The notes below the pieces were generated by a model. It saw only the letters and a program-made list of their open reading frames with translations, was not told the origin of the DNA and did no database searches. The translations under genes and the position numbers were made by a program. This document shows, in pieces, positions 24,275 to 39,910 of a DNA stretch of 49,668 bases. This DNA is from Octopus bimaculoides (taxonomy: Eukaryota): the NCBI RefSeq assembly GCF_001194135.2, contig NC_068988.1:49925499-49975166 (forward strand), in the 5' to 3' direction. Numbering within the stretch: the first letter of the stretch is position 1; the number at the start of each line of letters is the position of its first letter.

Positions 24275-25790
24275 NNNNNNNNNNNNNNNNNNNNNNNNNN
24301 NNNNNNNNNNNNNNNNNNNNNNNNNNNNNNNNNNNNNNNNNNNNNNNNNNNNNNNNNNNNNNNNNNNNNNNNNNNNNNNNNNNNNNNNNNNNNNNNNNNN
24401 NNNNNNNNNNNNNNNNNNNNNNNNNNNNNNNNNNNNNNNNNNNNNNNNNNNNNNNNNNNNNNNNNNNNNNNNNNNNNNNNNNNNNNNNNNNNNNNNNNNN
24501 NNNNNNNNNNNNNNNNNNNNNNNNNNNNNNNNNNNNNNNNNNNNNNNNNNNNNNNNNNNNNNNNNNNNNNNNNNNNNNNNNNNNNNNNNNNNNNNNNNNN
24601 NNNNNNNNNNNNNNNNNNNNNNNNNNNNNNNNNNNNNNNNNNNNNNNNNNNNNNNNNNNNNNNNNNNNNNNNNNNNNNNNNNNNNNNNNNNNNNNNNNNN
24701 NNNNNNNNNNNNNNNNNNNNNTTTTTTTTTTTTTCTGGAATTCCCACGGAATGGTAAAGTAGTCTTTTGTCTGTTGTCGCTGGATTTTAGAGTGTTTTGT
24801 TATCTATGCGTGTGCGCGCGCGCGTGTGTTTGAGTGTGTATGTGTGTCTATTTCTGTGAATATGTGTCTATTGCCACGTATATGTGTGTGTATATGTTTT
24901 CATATAGGAACAGAATTTATGCGTGTATGCGCGTATGTGAATTAGTCTGCGTGTGTGTGTGTGTGTGTGTGTGTGAGATTGTGTTTGTGTGTGTATGTGT
25001 GTGTATTGACTATTTCGTATGCGTGAATATGAATTTTGTGTGTATGTGTGTTTGAGTGTGTACGTATGTGTTGTCTACTTCGTGTGTATGTATGAGTATA
25101 GGAGTGTTTGCACGCGTTCCTTTTAACGTGATTGTGTGACAGGATCATACGAGTACAGTATGTGTGTATGTGTGTGCGTGAATTAGTCTGTGTATATGCA
25201 TGATACTGTACAATGTGTGTGTGTACATGTGTATGTGTGCGTGGGTGCGCGCATGTGTATTAGTGTGTTTGTGTCGCGGGATTATATAGTCGCTTGTTTC
25301 CAATACATATGTGTTATGTGTGTAATTGTGTGTATGTGTAATTCTATGTGTGTGTGTGTGTGTTGATATTTATGTTGCTCTCTGTGTCTATCTGTGTAAT
25401 TGTATGTGTGTGTGAGTTGAAGGGCAGTTATTAGCATGTGTTTCATGCTATACGTGTGTTCATTACCATGTGTTGGTAAGTGTGGTGGTCTGTCTATTTA
25501 CTCGGATGGCCAGGTAAGTACGCGTTTAATAAATGCGTCGTGTTGGGTCACCGTGTGCATATTTACACGAACACGTTAAAATCTGTGTATGAGAGTATTA
25601 GCGTGTGTACGACAGTTTGTTAGTGTGTTGCATTATATCACTCAAATCCCGTTGGTATGCGTACATGCGGGTGGCGATGCCATATGAGTTCGTTAGTGTT
25701 GGTTTGTTTGTATCGACGTGTTAGTCAATATTTTGATATGAGTTAGAAAACGATTTTGTTCTGTGTTATGAATGTATGTGTATATATATG

Positions 25791-25821
<31 letters not shown>

Positions 25822-26735
25822 ATGTCAGTTTGTTTAATGTATCTGAGTTGTTTACGGAGTTTTTTCGTAGTTCGGATTGTGCGGGTTTCTTTTCATTTGT
25901 TGTAGCACAGCGTATGCAAGCTAGTATATGTGTGTGTGTGTATTGTTACGTAAGTGGTATATCCGGTACTCGGGTGCAAATGCATGTGTGTGCGTGTTTT
26001 TTTNNNNNNNNNNNNNNNNNNNNNNNNNNNNNNNNNNNNNNNNNNNNNNNNNNNNNNNNNNNNNNNNNNNNNNNNNNNNNNNNNNNNNNNNNNNNNNNNN
26101 NNNNNNNNNNNNNNNNNNNNNNNNNNNNNNNNNNNNNNNNNNNNNNNNNNNNNNNNNNNNNNNNNNNNNNNNNNNNNNNNNNNNNNNNNNNNNNNNNNNN
26201 NNNNNNNNNNNNNNNNNNNNNNNNNNNNNNNNNNNNNNNNNNNNNNNNNNNNNNNNNNNNNNNNNNNNNNNNNNNNNNNNNNNNNNNNNNNNNNNNNNNN
26301 NNNNNNNNNNNNNNNNNNNNNNNNNNNNNNNNNNNNNNNNNNNNNNNNNNNNNNNNNNNNNNNNNNNNNNNNNNNNNNNNNNNNNNNNNNNNNNNNNNNN
26401 NNNNNNNNNNNNNNNNNNNNNNNNNNNNNNNNNNNNNNNNNNNNNNNNNNNNNNNNNNNNNNNNNNNNNNNNNNNNNNNNNNNNNNNNNNNNNNNNNNNN
26501 NNNNNNNNNNNNNNNNNNNNNNNNNNNNNNNNNNNNNNNNNNNNNNNNNNNNNNNNNNNNNNNNNNNNNNNNNNNNNNNNNNNNNNNNNNNNNNNNNNNN
26601 NNNNNNNNNNNNNNNNNNNNNNNNNNNNNNNNNNNNNNNNNNNNNNNNNNNNNNNNNNNNNNNNNNNNNNNNNNNNNNNNNNNNNNNNNNNNNNNNNNNN
26701 NNNNNNNNNNNNNNNNNNNNNNNNNNNNNNNNNNN

Positions 26736-26819
26736 AAGAAGAAGAAGAAGAAGAAGAAGAAGAAGAAGAAGAAGAAGAAGAAGAAGAAGAAGAAGAAGAA
26801 GAAGAAGAAGAAGAAGAAG

Positions 26820-26849
<30 letters not shown>
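26736..26849. repeat. Pure (GAA)38 trinucleotide repeat; left end lost in a gap
   Basis: 114 uninterrupted bases. Confidence 0.97.
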
Positions 26850-26850
<1 letters not shown>

Positions 26851-27065
26851 TTTGCTTTTGGCATGAACGGGATAACGGGATGTACGCGGAAAGCGAAACC
26901 AGGTCGGTAACATATACTGCTGAGAGCTTGTTACACGCAGCAGTCAGTCGTATTATCAGTAAAAGTATACAAGAGCAGTGATTACACGTTACGCTGTGAA
27001 ATAATGCTACACAGTACTCGATAAACAGTAACCACCACCAAGCAATATTTACCATGGCTACTCAC

Positions 27066-27157
27066 CATAACGTACCTCCGACAGAGGAAGCCTCAAAATG
27101 GTTGTCCTATCGCGTTAAAAATAACAGACAAAAACTCCACCGATCATAGACTAACTA
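27066..27157 (-). other. Candidate spliced exon: 92 nt with stops in all frames, or a 41-nt form 27066-27106 with open frame TTILRLPLSEVRY
   Basis: Strong CTCTTTTCACAG acceptor, alternative TTTTAACGCGATAG acceptor, ATG|GTGAGT donor. Confidence 0.25.
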
Positions 27158-27402
27158 CTGTGAAAAGAGACGACGGTGGAGAGGAGAGAAGTAATGAGTA
27201 AGATAGCCCTAGATAAATAAGATTGGATGGTCACGGTTGGGATATCGTGCTATTCAGACAAACTGCACGGTCAGGGCTGCTGTAAGTTAGCAAAGAATGA
27301 AACTATGTGCGGGAGACTATCCTTCCCTAAATGTGTCGCTGCCAACGTCTTTTCTCAATTTTTTAATATTATTAATATAAATACATACGTGCATATATGT
27401 AA

Positions 27403-27444
<42 letters not shown>

Positions 27445-28089
27445 GTCTGTGTGTGTATGTGCGTACACGTGTATGTATGTTTATATATGCGTGTATGTGT
27501 GTATACACATGGATACATAGATAGAGAGGTAGATACATACACACATACATACACTTACTGAAAGACACATATACGCGCAGATACCGAATAACGGAATACC
27601 TGTAAACATACACATGTAAGCGTATAAATGCACAAATACGTATATTATATAAATATATATATATATTACGGAGATGCACTTGCATAGCAAGTGACCTGAT
27701 CTGAGATCGTGTGCTGGAACGAAAACATTTGCAGCGTGGAAGGTGTTTATAAGCCATTTAAAATAACACACAAAATCCGTTAGATTCACTTCAACATTTA
27801 AATTTAATTTGTCAAAATATTTTCGTCGCTTTGAGACCGCGACCTGTTCACTGACAAAATTCTATAAAAAATACATGCAGACACACACATGCATACATGT
27901 GTATATGTGCGCGCACACACACACCCACACACATATGTATGCATTTACATTTTTCTTTACATGTATGGTAATATATACACATACACACGCACGCTTATAC
28001 ACACACAAGTATGTATACGCATAAATGTCAATATACACATACATAAGTATGTACACACGTAAATATCAAAACAAACATGTAATTATAGG

Positions 28090-28122
<33 letters not shown>

Positions 28123-28187
28123 GTAAATGTATGTGTATTTACTTAGAGAAAATACGTATTAAACATCTATATCATTTATGTATATAC

Positions 28188-28223
<36 letters not shown>

Positions 28224-28311
28224 TTACGTATTTCAATGTATGTAAGTGTCTATATATATAAATCGAAAGATAGCTATATAGATAAATAGACAAATAGCTA
28301 GCTAGATATAT

Positions 28312-28345
<34 letters not shown>

Positions 28346-28494
28346 CGATAGATAGATAAACAGACAATATATATATATTATGTATGCGTGCATGAAAGTG
28401 AGTGTGTGCGACAAATCGATCTATATACCGGAAGATGACTAGTTGATAACTGTCTCAGTATCCACTGTATGTGTGCTTATAAGCACACACTGAC

Positions 28495-28538
<44 letters not shown>

Positions 28539-28715
28539 TGATTGGCTTGTGTGTATATGCATTTATATATANNNNNNNNNNNNNNNNNNNNNNNNNNNNN
28601 NNNNNNNNNNNNNNNNNNNNNNNNNNNNNNNNNNNNNNNNNNNNTATATATGTATGTATATATATAAACAATATATGAGTATATGCATATATATGTACAT
28701 GTATGTATATACGTT

Positions 28716-28835
28716 CATCTACATGTACATATAGATACATAACTGGGTACATGACGTGGCAAAAGAACAAGGACAAAATGGTAAAGAAGGTGCAACAAAC
28801 AAGCAGGCCACATAGAAACATCCCCTTCATCAGCT
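28716..28835 (-). repeat. Dispersed repeat family E, copy 2
   Basis: Aligns to 19482-19656. Confidence 0.65.
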
Positions 28836-29166
28836 ATGTGTGTGTGTGTGTGTACATGAGTGTGTGTAGATGTGTGTATATATACATACATACATATATT
28901 TACACACACACACACATACATTTGCATACACACATGCACGCACACATGCGTATATAGGGGCATATGAATGTGTTTATATATATATATATATATATGCATA
29001 TTCATATAAATGTGTGTACAAACGTATTCATATATATATATATATATCAATGCATGAGAATATATATACATATAAATACACACATATGAATTTATGTATT
29101 GAGATATATATATATATATATATATATCCATACATATACATATGAATATATAGGCACATATGATTG

Positions 29167-29224
<58 letters not shown>

Positions 29225-29512
29225 CAGATAGATACACCTGTACACATTGTGTACATATAAACACATACATATATACACACACACAGAGACACACAATATT
29301 TGTATGTATGTATGTGTATGTAAGCCTATAGTTTTAATTTTTTACTGGTTTCTGTATGTACTGCAGCACACCGGCTTGTAAGAATCACTCGATTATATCG
29401 ATTCCATTGCTTATTTTTAAATTTATCGCTTCAATTTGTCGAAAAACTCATGCACGGTCCTACTGAAGAACGTATAAATTCGTACACGCACATGCATACA
29501 TCCATACACGTG

Positions 29513-29550
<38 letters not shown>

Positions 29551-29609
29551 ACACATGTACACACAAGCATACATACCTATATACAAGGTGATTCGGTATA
29601 ATAGTCTCT

Positions 29610-29745
29610 TTACCACAGAAGGTTTTCATTAACCTCAGGCAGGAGTAGAGAAACACTTGCCCGGGGTGATAGGCACGTTTGGCCGAACCTGAACACACCA
29701 CACAAGGTTGCAAAGCCGAAGTTTGTATCCTTGTTGCCATGGCTG
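29610..29745 (-). mobile_element. Highly degenerate CORE-like SINE head
   Basis: Minus strand GGTTCGGCC B-box-like followed by CCCCGGGCAAGTGTTTCTCTACT (CORE-like). Confidence 0.5.
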
Positions 29746-30108
29746 TGTATATAGATGTGTGTGGGCATATATATATATATATGTTTAGAGAGAGAAAGAT
29801 ACAGGCGAAAGAGACAAATACATACACAAATGAGATAGAGAGAGAGAGAGAGAGCTATGTATATATACATATGTATATGTATTCATATATGTGAACGTAA
29901 GTATGTCTACATGTATGTGCGTATATAAGTATATATAGAGATAATAAAATAGATAGGTATATATATACATATGCAACCAAGTATGTACATATGTATATAT
30001 ATTATATTTATATATTAAGTATGCTTATATATTTCTATATTATATAAATATATCAGTGTGTGTATATATGTATGTATACATATATGTGTGTGTGTGTATA
30101 GATAGATG

Positions 30109-30208
<100 letters not shown>

Positions 30209-30339
30209 GAGAGACAAAGAGAAAAATACATATAGAGAGATAAAGGAGAGAGGGAGAGAGAGACAGGGGGAGGGAGCGACAGACAGACGGACAGAGAGAG
30301 ATTTATACATTTAGTACACATAATATATATGTCGGTATG

Positions 30340-30858
30340 TATGTTTGTATATGTATGATAATGTATATTTATACATACATATAAATATTTATAATATAAT
30401 AAATATGCATGCATTCACACACAAGTATATATGTATGTGTTTATATACATATGTACATATGCATATATACACATATACATACATATGCATATTCATATAT
30501 ACACATATATACATATACACAAATATATACATATATACACATATATATACATATATATACACACATATATATATATTCATATACATATATATACACATAT
30601 ATACATATAGATATATACATATATATACATATATAAGCATATATATGCATATAGATATATACATATATATACATACATATACATGTATACATATATATAT
30701 AACATACATACACATGTATACATATATATATAACATACATATACTTACATATATACATATATGTATATATTACATACATATATACATACATATATATATA
30801 CACACATATATATATATATACATATATATATACACACATATATATATATATATACACA

Positions 30859-30940
<82 letters not shown>

Positions 30941-30986
30941 CATACATATATATATACATACATATATACATACATATATACATACA

Positions 30987-31027
<41 letters not shown>

Positions 31028-31195
31028 ATATATACATACATATATGCAGACATATATACATGTACACACAGACAAACACACACATACATATATGTGCATA
31101 TTTGAATAAATGCATATTAGTCTTCATATATACACACATACCTTCTCATTGACACGCAGGCGCACAAACTGACACACACACACACACACCTATAC

Positions 31196-31229
<34 letters not shown>

Positions 31230-32130
31230 GTATGTGTATTTCTATGTATGCAAGAATATATTGTGTATGTGTGTATGGCATCTTTGTCTGTATATGCATG
31301 TGTATGTGTGTATATATATATATATAGATAGATAGATATATACATATATATGTATGTATATATATACATATATACATATTTATATATATACATATATATA
31401 TATATATACATATTTATATATATACATATATATATATACATATATATATATATACATATACATATATATATATATACANNNNNNNNNNNNNNNNNNNNNN
31501 NNNNNNNNNNNNNNNNNNNNNNNNNNNNNNNNNNNNNNNNNNNNNNNNNNNNNNNNNNNNNNNNNNNNNNNNNNNNNNNNNNNNNNNNNNNNNNNNNNNN
31601 NNNNNNNNNNNNNNNNNNNNNNNNNNNNNNNNNNNNNNNNNNNNNNNNNNNNNNNNNNNNNNNNNNNNNNNNNNNNNNNNNNNNNNNNNNNNNNNNNNNN
31701 NNNNNNNNNNNNNNNNNNNNNNNNNNNNNNNNNNNNNNNNNNNNNNNNNNNNNNNNNNNNNNNNNNNNNNNNNNNNNNNNNNNNNNNNNNNNNNNNNNNN
31801 NNNNNNNNNNNNNNNNNNNNNNNNCATATATATATATACATATATATATATACATATATATATACATATATATATATACATACATATACATATATATATA
31901 TACATATATATATATACATATATATAGATACATATATATACATATACATATATACATATACATATATACATATATATATATACATATACATATATATACA
32001 TATACATATATACATATATATACATATACATATATACATATATATACATATACATATATACATATATATACATATACATATATACATATATATATATATA
32101 CATATACATATATATACATATACATATATA
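30340..32130. repeat. Large degenerate (TA)/(TACA)/(CATATA) microsatellite field with gap
   Basis: Seen directly; source of many I/Y/H/T-rich pseudo-ORFs. Confidence 0.97.
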
Positions 32131-32746
32131 TGCATATATATATATTTATATGCATCTATGTCTGTGCATATGCGTATGTGGGTACGCATTTATGTGTGTA
32201 TGTAGGTATGTATATTCCATTGGTCCCTAAGTCGCAAGGCTGTCATCAGTGCGCTGTCCTGTCCTGTCATCCCCTGTAATGGAAATAGAAAATAGACTCT
32301 ACCGATGGTATAAAGCCGATCGGTTCCAGCTTCTGGCATGACATCTTCGTGGAAGTTGAGAGAGAGGGGCAGGAGTAAGAGAAGGGGGAAGAAAAAGAGA
32401 CAAGGAGAGAGGGGGAAAGAGCGGTGGAGAAGGGGAGTAAGAGTTAGTTCGGATTTTACACCAGTCTTGTAACATCAACATCAGTTACACCAGAAATATA
32501 TTTTTAACTCTACTTTAAATAGACATACACCGACATATATATATCCACTCAGAAAACAGAAATATATACTTCTATACAGTTACAACCACACACGCATATA
32601 CATACAAACTTACACATATACATACACAGGTACATATATATTCACATAGATTTACATATATATATATACTTACATTTACATATATCTAGCTTTATATATC
32701 TAGTTACAAATAGACAGATAGATAGATAGATAGATACATACATACA

Positions 32747-32780
<34 letters not shown>

Positions 32781-32977
32781 CATACCAATACATACATACA
32801 CACACTCATACACATATATGCATACATATATACATAAATGCATATGAGTATATGCATACACCTGCGCAATTATATGAAATTCCATTCACTTTCTTGAGCT
32901 TTCATGCACATTTGCACGTTTAGACTTTTACGCTACACATAAATATGCACATGTACCAGGTGAAATAGATAGTAAGT

Positions 32978-33033
<56 letters not shown>

Positions 33034-33640
33034 CAGATAGATAGATAGAGTCATATAACAATAGTATTTCCCGTGCCGAGTGCATGAAGCTTTGAGCCGA
33101 TCTAGGTGTGCATTGGTGCACTGCTATATATATATTCAATACACCTATGTTTTCCAGTAAAGCAGCTCTGAAGCTGATTACATACATTTCACAATAACAC
33201 GACCACATTATTCTGAAGACAAAACATTACTGACACATATATCTGAGGTCTGTGTACACACCCACAAATATAAGCATATAAGCACATTATATATTTGCAT
33301 ACATTTGCATACAACAATAAACATGAACGAGACCTCATGAGAAGTACGTTTTTGGCGCCAAACGCCAGCATCCAAGCCACAGCACACTAACAAACAAATC
33401 ACATTAAACTGAAATCTCGCGTGTAATTGAACTATTCAATATATATATATTTCTCTATATATACGTCTGTGTGTGTTTATATATATAGCAAAGAAACATG
33501 TAATAAAATAAAGTAAAATGAGCAGAACAGCTAGTATAAACAAACAGTAGGGAAGAATTTTGAATAGCCCTCTGGCTTGTGGTTGTAAATATACAGCGGC
33601 GAACACCCAGCTGCTGAAACAAGATTGTGACAGTGAGCGT

Positions 33641-33691
<51 letters not shown>

Positions 33692-33939
33692 CTCACTCAT
33701 ATTTATATATATATATATATATATATATAAATATATATATATATGAATGTATGTATGTATAAAGAAGGCTTCTGCTACATGAACTCAGAACAGTGTTTTC
33801 GAGTTTGATAATCCTTATTATAAACCATTGTTATTATAAGTCATCCTATGCAAGTTTGCGCACCGTAACAGCATGAAGAACGGAACAATGTTTATGAATT
33901 TATAAATAGACAGACAAACAGACAGGCAGACAGCGAAAC

Positions 33940-33985
<46 letters not shown>

Positions 33986-34271
33986 GAGAGAGAAAGAGGA
34001 AGAGCAACAGACGCAGGTGCTGCCGAAAGCCAGGTTAACCAGCTGAAGACAAACCAACACACAAACAAAACAAGAAACTGTAGTTACACATTAACAAATC
34101 CACGCGATTCATGTACAAAATACAGAAATACATTCATACACTGCAAGACAAACTTATTTACACATATATACACATCTAAATTGCACCTGATTACGTGAAT
34201 TGTTACCACCACCCTTTCAACTCCCTTCTTTCGTGTGGATTATTTAACCTACGAGGTAAGTCTTTTATTTA

Positions 34272-34357
<86 letters not shown>

Positions 34358-34481
34358 TTATGCATTTAATATACATATTAATGTGTATATAATTATATAT
34401 ATTTATATGTATTATATATCACTATACATACATATATGCATTGACATTTAAGTTTATATATATATATATATATATACATAA

Positions 34482-34524
<43 letters not shown>

Positions 34525-34801
34525 TGAATATATACGTGAATATATATATATATACATATATACATGTATATATACTTATGTGCACTATAAATAAATATAT
34601 GCTTCTCCGTACGTATGTACTTGTGGTATGTGTGTGCGTTCGTGTGTGTGTGTGTGTGTTTGGTTCAGTATTTTTGTACACAGTAATAATATTCGGTCGT
34701 GTTCACCGATGTACATGTGGAGCTATGAGAAACGTGAGGGTATCAACCTTGATATTTAATGAATTGAAATACATATGTGTCTATATACCTGCTTGCTTGC
34801 C

Positions 34802-34870
<69 letters not shown>

Positions 34871-35252
34871 CTGTGAGTAGAAGATCTTGTTGTGTCTAAT
34901 GTGATTAGATAAGAACTGTACATGCACACTAACATATATGAGCCTCTGTGCAGGACTTTACCGTCTCTCCTCGCATAATGCACACGTTTATACGAGAGAA
35001 TGTGGTCTGTACGCGCATGTGTGAAATTGCATCTATTTAGATATTAAATACAGATGTTACGTGTCTGAGCGATAGAAAGAAAAGAGATAACACCTCATGT
35101 GTTTCTCAGTGCAGTTGTTTATATATAAATATATAGGCGTATATACACATGTTGCATAAATATATATAAAGATATAAATATATATATATATATATGTATG
35201 CATGTATATTTGTATATATGTTCTTGTATATATTCATACTGATGCGTACAAA

Positions 35253-35301
<49 letters not shown>

Positions 35302-35395
35302 ATCTGGTCAATGCATTCCCACAACGATTCTCGCACCTCTGTTTCCCATTGTGCATCAATGCATATACCTAAGGTGTGCATGTATATGTGTGTGA

Positions 35396-35480
<85 letters not shown>

Positions 35481-35722
35481 TAGATAGAGAGAGAGACATA
35501 CATTTTTCTTTACCTCTCTATCGACTAAACACACTCCAAAACTATATGTCCGTGTGTGTGTCTGTATGTATGTGGCGTGCACGTCTCTGTGTGTCCGTGT
35601 GTATGTGGTATGTGTGTGTGTGTGTGTGTGTGTGTATACCAATGTTCACACACATACACACACTGACCAAAGCACTATAACTGAGGAAGATGAGAAGTCT
35701 TAAAGATGAAGAGAATGTCGTT

Positions 35723-35905
35723 AATGATGATGATGATGATGCTGGATGATGACGACAACGACGATGATGAAGGTGGCGGTATGGTAGTAGAGGTGGTTGT
35801 CGTGGTGGTGGGGACACGTCGTTCTGCTGCTGCTGTTACTGTTGTTAGTGGCGAAATGATGATGATGGTGGTGGTGGTGGCAACGGTGATAATAGTTGTT
35901 ATTAC
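35723..35905. repeat. Compound trinucleotide tract (GAT/GAC/GGT/GTT/GCT)
   Basis: Seen directly. Confidence 0.9.
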
Positions 35906-36543
35906 GATGAAAATTGAAAGACAACAAAAAAACAAACAAACAAAGACGGAAAGTATTATTCGAATGACAGAAGAATTATATGAATTATTCAATTAACACT
36001 TCCTGGTGTGGCCATTTTTAATTAATTTCTAATTAGTGGTGTGTGAGTGTGTATGCGTCTATGCGCGTGTGTACGTCTGTTGTGTGCGCGCGCGCGGCCT
36101 CGCGTGCAAACGTATGCGTAATTATGTGTACGTTTGTTGAAATAATCAATGCATTCAAATGGTGAAGTTGTGTGTCAACTGTGTTTATACATACATACAT
36201 ACATACATACATACATACACGTAGTAATATTTACACATACACGCAGGCAGTAGTGTAGCAGAATCGATAGCTCTCCGGACTAAATAATTTACAGTATTTA
36301 CTTTCATTGATCTTTGTTTTGAGTTCAAATCTCGCCGAGGAGGAAACAGAAAATTTCCAGCTTGTTTTTGCTTCAGGCTTATTGAAATATCTGCCGGATA
36401 TACCATCAGATAATATCGAATATATATGTATATATATTTGTGTGTGTGTGTGTGTGTGTGTGTGTCTATCCATATATTTTTATTTTTAGACATAGATATA
36501 TATATATATATATATACATGCACATTGATATAAACACACATAC

Positions 36544-36614
<71 letters not shown>

Positions 36615-37812
36615 AACATATATTTGTGTGTGTGAATACAGTTTCCGTATAAATCCAGTCTTGTAATATATGTGGACATACATGTGCATAAATATACACG
36701 TTCATATACTCATATGTGTGTGTCTGTGTCTGTCTATCTATCTATCTCTCTGTCTGTCTGTCTGGCCGTATGGAAGTATATATGAATGTTGAGCCTCAAC
36801 ATTTCAACTCCTGTACAAGAGGGTGGGAGTGAGTTAATTAACCTGAAAGTTCATTCAGGTTCAAGATCTGCGCTAGAGATGGGACTGATGTTTACCTTTG
36901 TAAAAATACATATACACACACACGCACAGACACACATACACGCTCACTCTGTGGGTGTGTATGTGCATCTGTGTGTGTGTGTGTGTTTGTGTGGTGGTGG
37001 TGGGGGGGGGCAAATGCTTGACTGTTTACCTGTCTGATAATGTGTCTATCTGACTTCAATCACCTACGTACGTTTATTTACTTTTATACATGAATATATA
37101 TACGATCGCTATCATGTGAGTTTACACATATAATTATATAGCTTTGTAGCTACTTGCGTATGCATTCACACACACACACACAGAGGCACGCACACACGCA
37201 CGTACACACACACGAACACACACACACACTCGCATTTATTGTGTGTATATGTTGAGTATGTATGTATATCATCGTGTTTTTCCTGTGACAGTGATTGTGT
37301 ATCTGTCTATGAACATATGTAAATGCGTGTGTGCACGTATGTGCGAGTCAAGAATGAGAGAGAAAGAGAGAGAGGGGAGGAAGAGGGAGGGAAAATATGT
37401 CTGTGGCCTCTTACGAAAATGCAGAAACATACACACTCGGAATACACTTTCGGGCGTACATACAGACACATACATACCCAAATACGCACACACACCAGCG
37501 CGTACGCATGTACAGTGCTTAATATCATTATGAATGTCTGGCCGTGTGTGTGTAATTGACGATTCTATGCATTTTCAGTCCTTATCCTTGTACATGCATG
37601 CACAGCCACCCATTCGAACCAACGTGCTAGAAATAGCTATCAAACCCCCTCCAAATCACATAATATTGGAAAGAAACAATCGATAACTTGGTGGTGAATA
37701 CACTGTCCTGATAATTAATACGGGATGGTCACAGTGGAAATATTTTATTTTATCGTTCTATTTAATCGTAGCTGGCCCGAACATTCTAAGATAAAATCCA
37801 TGTATATATTTA

Positions 37813-37881
<69 letters not shown>

Positions 37882-38419
37882 NNNNNNNNNNNNNNNNNNN
37901 NNNNNNNNNNNNNNNNNNNNNNNNNNNNNNNNNNNNNNNNNNNNNNNNNNNNNNNNNNNNNNNNNNNNNNNNNNNNNNNNNNNNNNNNNNNNNNNNNNNN
38001 NNNNNNNNNNNNNNNNNNNNNNNNNNNNNNNNNNNNNNNNNNNNNNNNNNNNNNNNNNNNNNNNNNNNNNNNNNNNNNNNNNNNNNNNNNNNNNNNNNNN
38101 NNNNNNNNNNNNNNNNNNNNNNNNNNNNNNNNNNNNNNNNNNNNNNNNNNNNNNNNNNNNNNNNNTATATATATATATATATATATATCCATCTCTCTAT
38201 ATATATATCCAACTATCCATCCATCTATCCATCCACATATATAGAGAGAGAGGGGGACAGAGAGAGACAGAGACAGACAGATAGACAAACAGACAGGCAG
38301 ACAAACAGACAAACAGACAGACACAACATTAAAGTAAATAGACTGTACGTTAGTTTCTGTGATGGCTATTTCCGCTGTCCGCTCAACAAAACTATTCCTA
38401 TTCATTGTATCATAACGTG

Positions 38420-38525
38420 TAGCTGGCTGAGTATTCCACAGACACTCGTTCTCTTAATCCTCAGTCAGAATCACTGGGACACTACATGTGACAGAGGCCC
38501 TCCCTCTGAATTTCATCTACAATGT
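38420..38525 (-). mobile_element. Degenerate internal fragment of SINE family C
   Basis: TGGCTGAGTATTCCACAGACAC...CTCTTAA...TGTGACA.AGGC aligns to 18745-18835. Confidence 0.55.
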
Positions 38526-39493
38526 CGCAGGCCTCTGGTGGTTCTTGTTTGTGTATTCCAATTTCACTTACAAGGTTGGGTCGACCTGATAATTTTGTAC
38601 AAAACATCTTGCAGTGGTTTACACAATGGGATCGAGTCGGGATCTCATGACTACCGAAGCACACTTCTTAACCGTTCGACAATGCTCGCATACAAACACA
38701 TGTACGTATATAAGACTCAAGCGAATGGCGAAGATATTTGTTTATGAGTATCTGTACCTACAGGTCTTAAATACAAGTTTCTACAGTCTCATCTAATTGT
38801 TTTTGTTGAATACATACACATACGTATAGATGCGTGTACATATAAAGTCTTTACTATTTGCTATTCCCTTCTTCCAGCCAGTGAGCTTGTAGTCATACTA
38901 GGACAGTCATTTCTCTCTCTCTCTCTAAGCACACATACGGTGGTTAACGATAAATCGATGCATGTGTAGATGTGTTCGTTATACGTATGTATCTGCGCAT
39001 GTTTTCATGCAGTTGTTTGTGCTCACTAGCCCCAGGTCAAGGCTGATCAAGTAGACTTCTTAATCAAAGACGTTCCAGCTGAAAACATCTTGTCTTTTTG
39101 TATGTCAGTGATCACATTATCCAACGTGGCCCAGTTTAGAAGACGGCCTGGTCTGTTTGAGGCAGCTTGGCTGCTATATTGTATAGATTCGTGTATGGTC
39201 GGCCGTCTCCATTCCAACATAACAAGAAGAAGCATTTCTCTAACACACACAAGGACACAGGCACAAACACGTATATAACGACACATGCACACACGCACAT
39301 GCACAGACACAGCTTGAAGAGCCGCCAGTTTCAACGCTGACTACACTGCTATGTTATGGTCTTTAGCAGTCTGGAGAAAGTTGCGGGGATGAGAATTAAA
39401 GACTGGAGACGAAAGTGAAGAAAAGACGGACAGATAACGTACCATTGTGCATGTGCACGGGTGTGTGTGTATGCTCAAGTGTGTCAGTACATG

Positions 39494-39534
<41 letters not shown>

Positions 39535-39858
39535 GGATGGATAGAGAGCTGAAAATATACATACGGAGCCATGCGTTTGTAGATAGAGTGTGTCGTTAGC
39601 ACAGTCTATGCAGGTATTTATGAATGAAAATATGTAAGTGGCTGTATATTATTAATACTATCTGTAAAGAGTGGAGTATTTCGGCGTCTAAGAAAATAGA
39701 AAGCATTGTAGCGACATACATATAGGAAGATAAAATGTGTATGGCTAGGTAGAAATTTACATGTGAGTGCGTGAGTCTAAATTGGATAGAGAGTTGGAGT
39801 AGTGAATGTATATTGATATATATATACACACCAATTTTATAAACGTTCATTTACGTAC

Positions 39859-39910
39859 CAATATCTGTTTCGATATTTCTTCTAGTAGCAGTTTCTCTAT
39901 CCATATGTCG
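39859..39910 (-). CDS. Candidate 52-nt coding exon (DIWIEKLLLEEISKQIL or RHMDRETATRRNIETDI)
   Basis: CTTTCGTGTCTTTCTTAATGAATTTAG acceptor, TTG|GTACGT donor. Confidence 0.22.

Noticed and set aside
25776-27055. 300-400 aa ORFs with poly-K/E/R/F/L/S
   Set aside because: Produced by a ~730-N gap plus the (GAA)n repeat.
35675-35996. Poly-His, poly-Asp and poly-Thr ORFs
   Set aside because: Compound trinucleotide repeat read in several frames; no flanking domain or splice support.
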